Assembly: GCA_963793425.1 (NCBI GenBank)
Contig: CAWCAG010000009.1
Coordinates: 416,001-480,000, forward strand
Source of the DNA: an uncultured cyanobacterium
GTDB lineage: Bacteria; Cyanobacteriota; Cyanobacteriia; Cyanobacteriales; CAWCAG01
Direction of reading: 5' to 3'
Length of the DNA: 64,000 bases
A model generated the notes under the pieces. The model was not told the DNA's origin and made no database searches. It was given only the letters and a program-made list of their open reading frames with translations. Positions 63,032 through 64,000 of this stretch are shown in pieces. The position numbers were made by a program, and so were the translations under genes. Numbering within the stretch: position 1 is the first letter of the stretch; each line of letters starts with the position of its first letter.

Positions 63032-63238
63032 ATGACTATTCAATTGAAACCCGAACAGGAAAAGTTTGTTAAAGCGCAAGTCACTAGCGGTAAATACAAT
63101 TCTCCAGAAGAAGTGATGGATAGAATGTTTTTGCTTTTTGAGCGATTACAGTCTGCTGGTAGAAAAAATAATTGCTTAAAATTAGCCACAACTTCATTTT
63201 CTCTAACTAGCAACGTTTCTGCCTACCCTACTGCGTAG
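63032..63238 (+). CDS. ParD-like ribbon-helix-helix antitoxin, probably truncated
   Basis: GAGGA RBS; MTIQLKPEQEKFVKAQVTSGKYNSPEEV matches the ParD-like N-terminus; the tail is unlike an acidic antitoxin C-terminus. Confidence 0.65.
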   Translation: MTIQLKPEQEKFVKAQVTSGKYNSPEEVMDRMFLLFERLQSAGRKNNCLKLATTSFSLTSNVSAYPTA

Positions 63239-63291
63239 CTCCTATAATACTATTTGGTCAGCTTTTGGCTAATTTATCCCAATCACCAATT

Positions 63292-64000
63292 ATGTACAGT
63301 CGTCGTTATTTCTTATTAGGTATGGGTGCAGTTGCTCTGGGGCAAATGACTTCAGGGTGTAGCATTGGTAGCAAGCTTAAACTTAGAGTGCGATTACTGG
63401 AAAACTCGATTCCCCCTCAGTTGTTACGCAGCTTTCGGCAAGAATTAGAACAACCCATTCAATTAAAATTTAAAGCAGAAACTCAACTAGCTGGTTTGTT
63501 TAAGGGTTTAGAGGTTTGGCAGGAAGAATCTCAGCAAAAAGATACCCCAAACAAATTGATTCTGCCTTTACGTAGGTTGGTACGCTTAAGCCCTCCCGCA
63601 ACCCCAGATTTAGTTAGCTTGGGGGATTTTTGGTTAACTGGGGCAATTAAGGAAAAGTTGATTCAACCAATAGAAGTTAAACAACTTCCTTTATGGAAAA
63701 AACTGCCTCCCCGTTGGCAAGAATTAGTCAGACGCAACGAAAAAGGACAACTCAGCAAGTCTGGTAAAATTTGGGGCGCACCCTATCGTTGGGGTTGTAC
63801 AGCGATCGCCTATAACAAAGAGAAGTTTACATCAGAGGGTTGGGATTTACCAACAGATTGGCAAGACTTATGGCGACCGGAATTACGTAACCGTCTTTCT
63901 TTGTTAGATTCCCCCAGGGAAATTATTGGCTTAACTCTCAAGAAGTTGGGTTCAAGCTACAATAGCGCTAATTTAGTGGATGTAGCAGATTTAAAAAAAG
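63292..64000 (+). CDS. PotD-like extracellular solute-binding lipoprotein (runs off the window, absent from the ORF track)
   Basis: ATG 63292: MYSRRYFLLGMGAVALGQMTSGC...PDLVSLGDFWL...IWGAPYRWG...DWQDLWRPEL...LLDSPREIIG; open to the end of the window. Confidence 0.88.
   Translation, partial: MYSRRYFLLGMGAVALGQMTSGCSIGSKLKLRVRLLENSIPPQLLRSFRQELEQPIQLKFKAETQLAGLFKGLEVWQEESQQKDTPNKLILPLRRLVRLSPPATPDLVSLGDFWLTGAIKEKLIQPIEVKQLPLWKKLPPRWQELVRRNEKGQLSKSGKIWGAPYRWGCTAIAYNKEKFTSEGWDLPTDWQDLWRPELRNRLSLLDSPREIIGLTLKKLGSSYNSANLVDVADLKK

Overview
AT-rich cyanobacterial chromosome segment, judged from abundant HIP1 GCGATCGC octamers, heptamer STRR-type repeats and cyanobacteria-type genes. It is mostly housekeeping: queF, pepA, tRNA-Arg(ACG), moaC, znuA-like, egtD, panB, amiC, cryptochrome-DASH, pdhC, aas, thiG, furC/perR, pyrG, potA/D/B, mrdA and hpnA/hpnH. 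The 5' end carries a candidate envelope-glycan modification cluster (HTTM-DCC fusion, MBOAT, sulfotransferase-like, GT2-GtrA, SGNH-like) and two tandem REC-GGDEF diguanylate cyclases. The most striking feature is largely invisible in the ORF track. At ~51447-52197 four collinear fragments in different frames resemble the eukaryotic Major Vault Protein from N-terminal repeats to cap ring, i.e. a collapsed bacterial vault gene. It lies among other decayed accessory genes: a Uma2 chimera, a filamentous-haemagglutinin remnant, a C5-MTase plus BsuBI/PstI-type restriction-modification remnant and an orphan antitoxin. Several otherwise intact genes carry single-base frameshifts in short G/C runs, which may be sequencing errors. 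All family assignments come from motif recognition by eye and memory; no searches were run.
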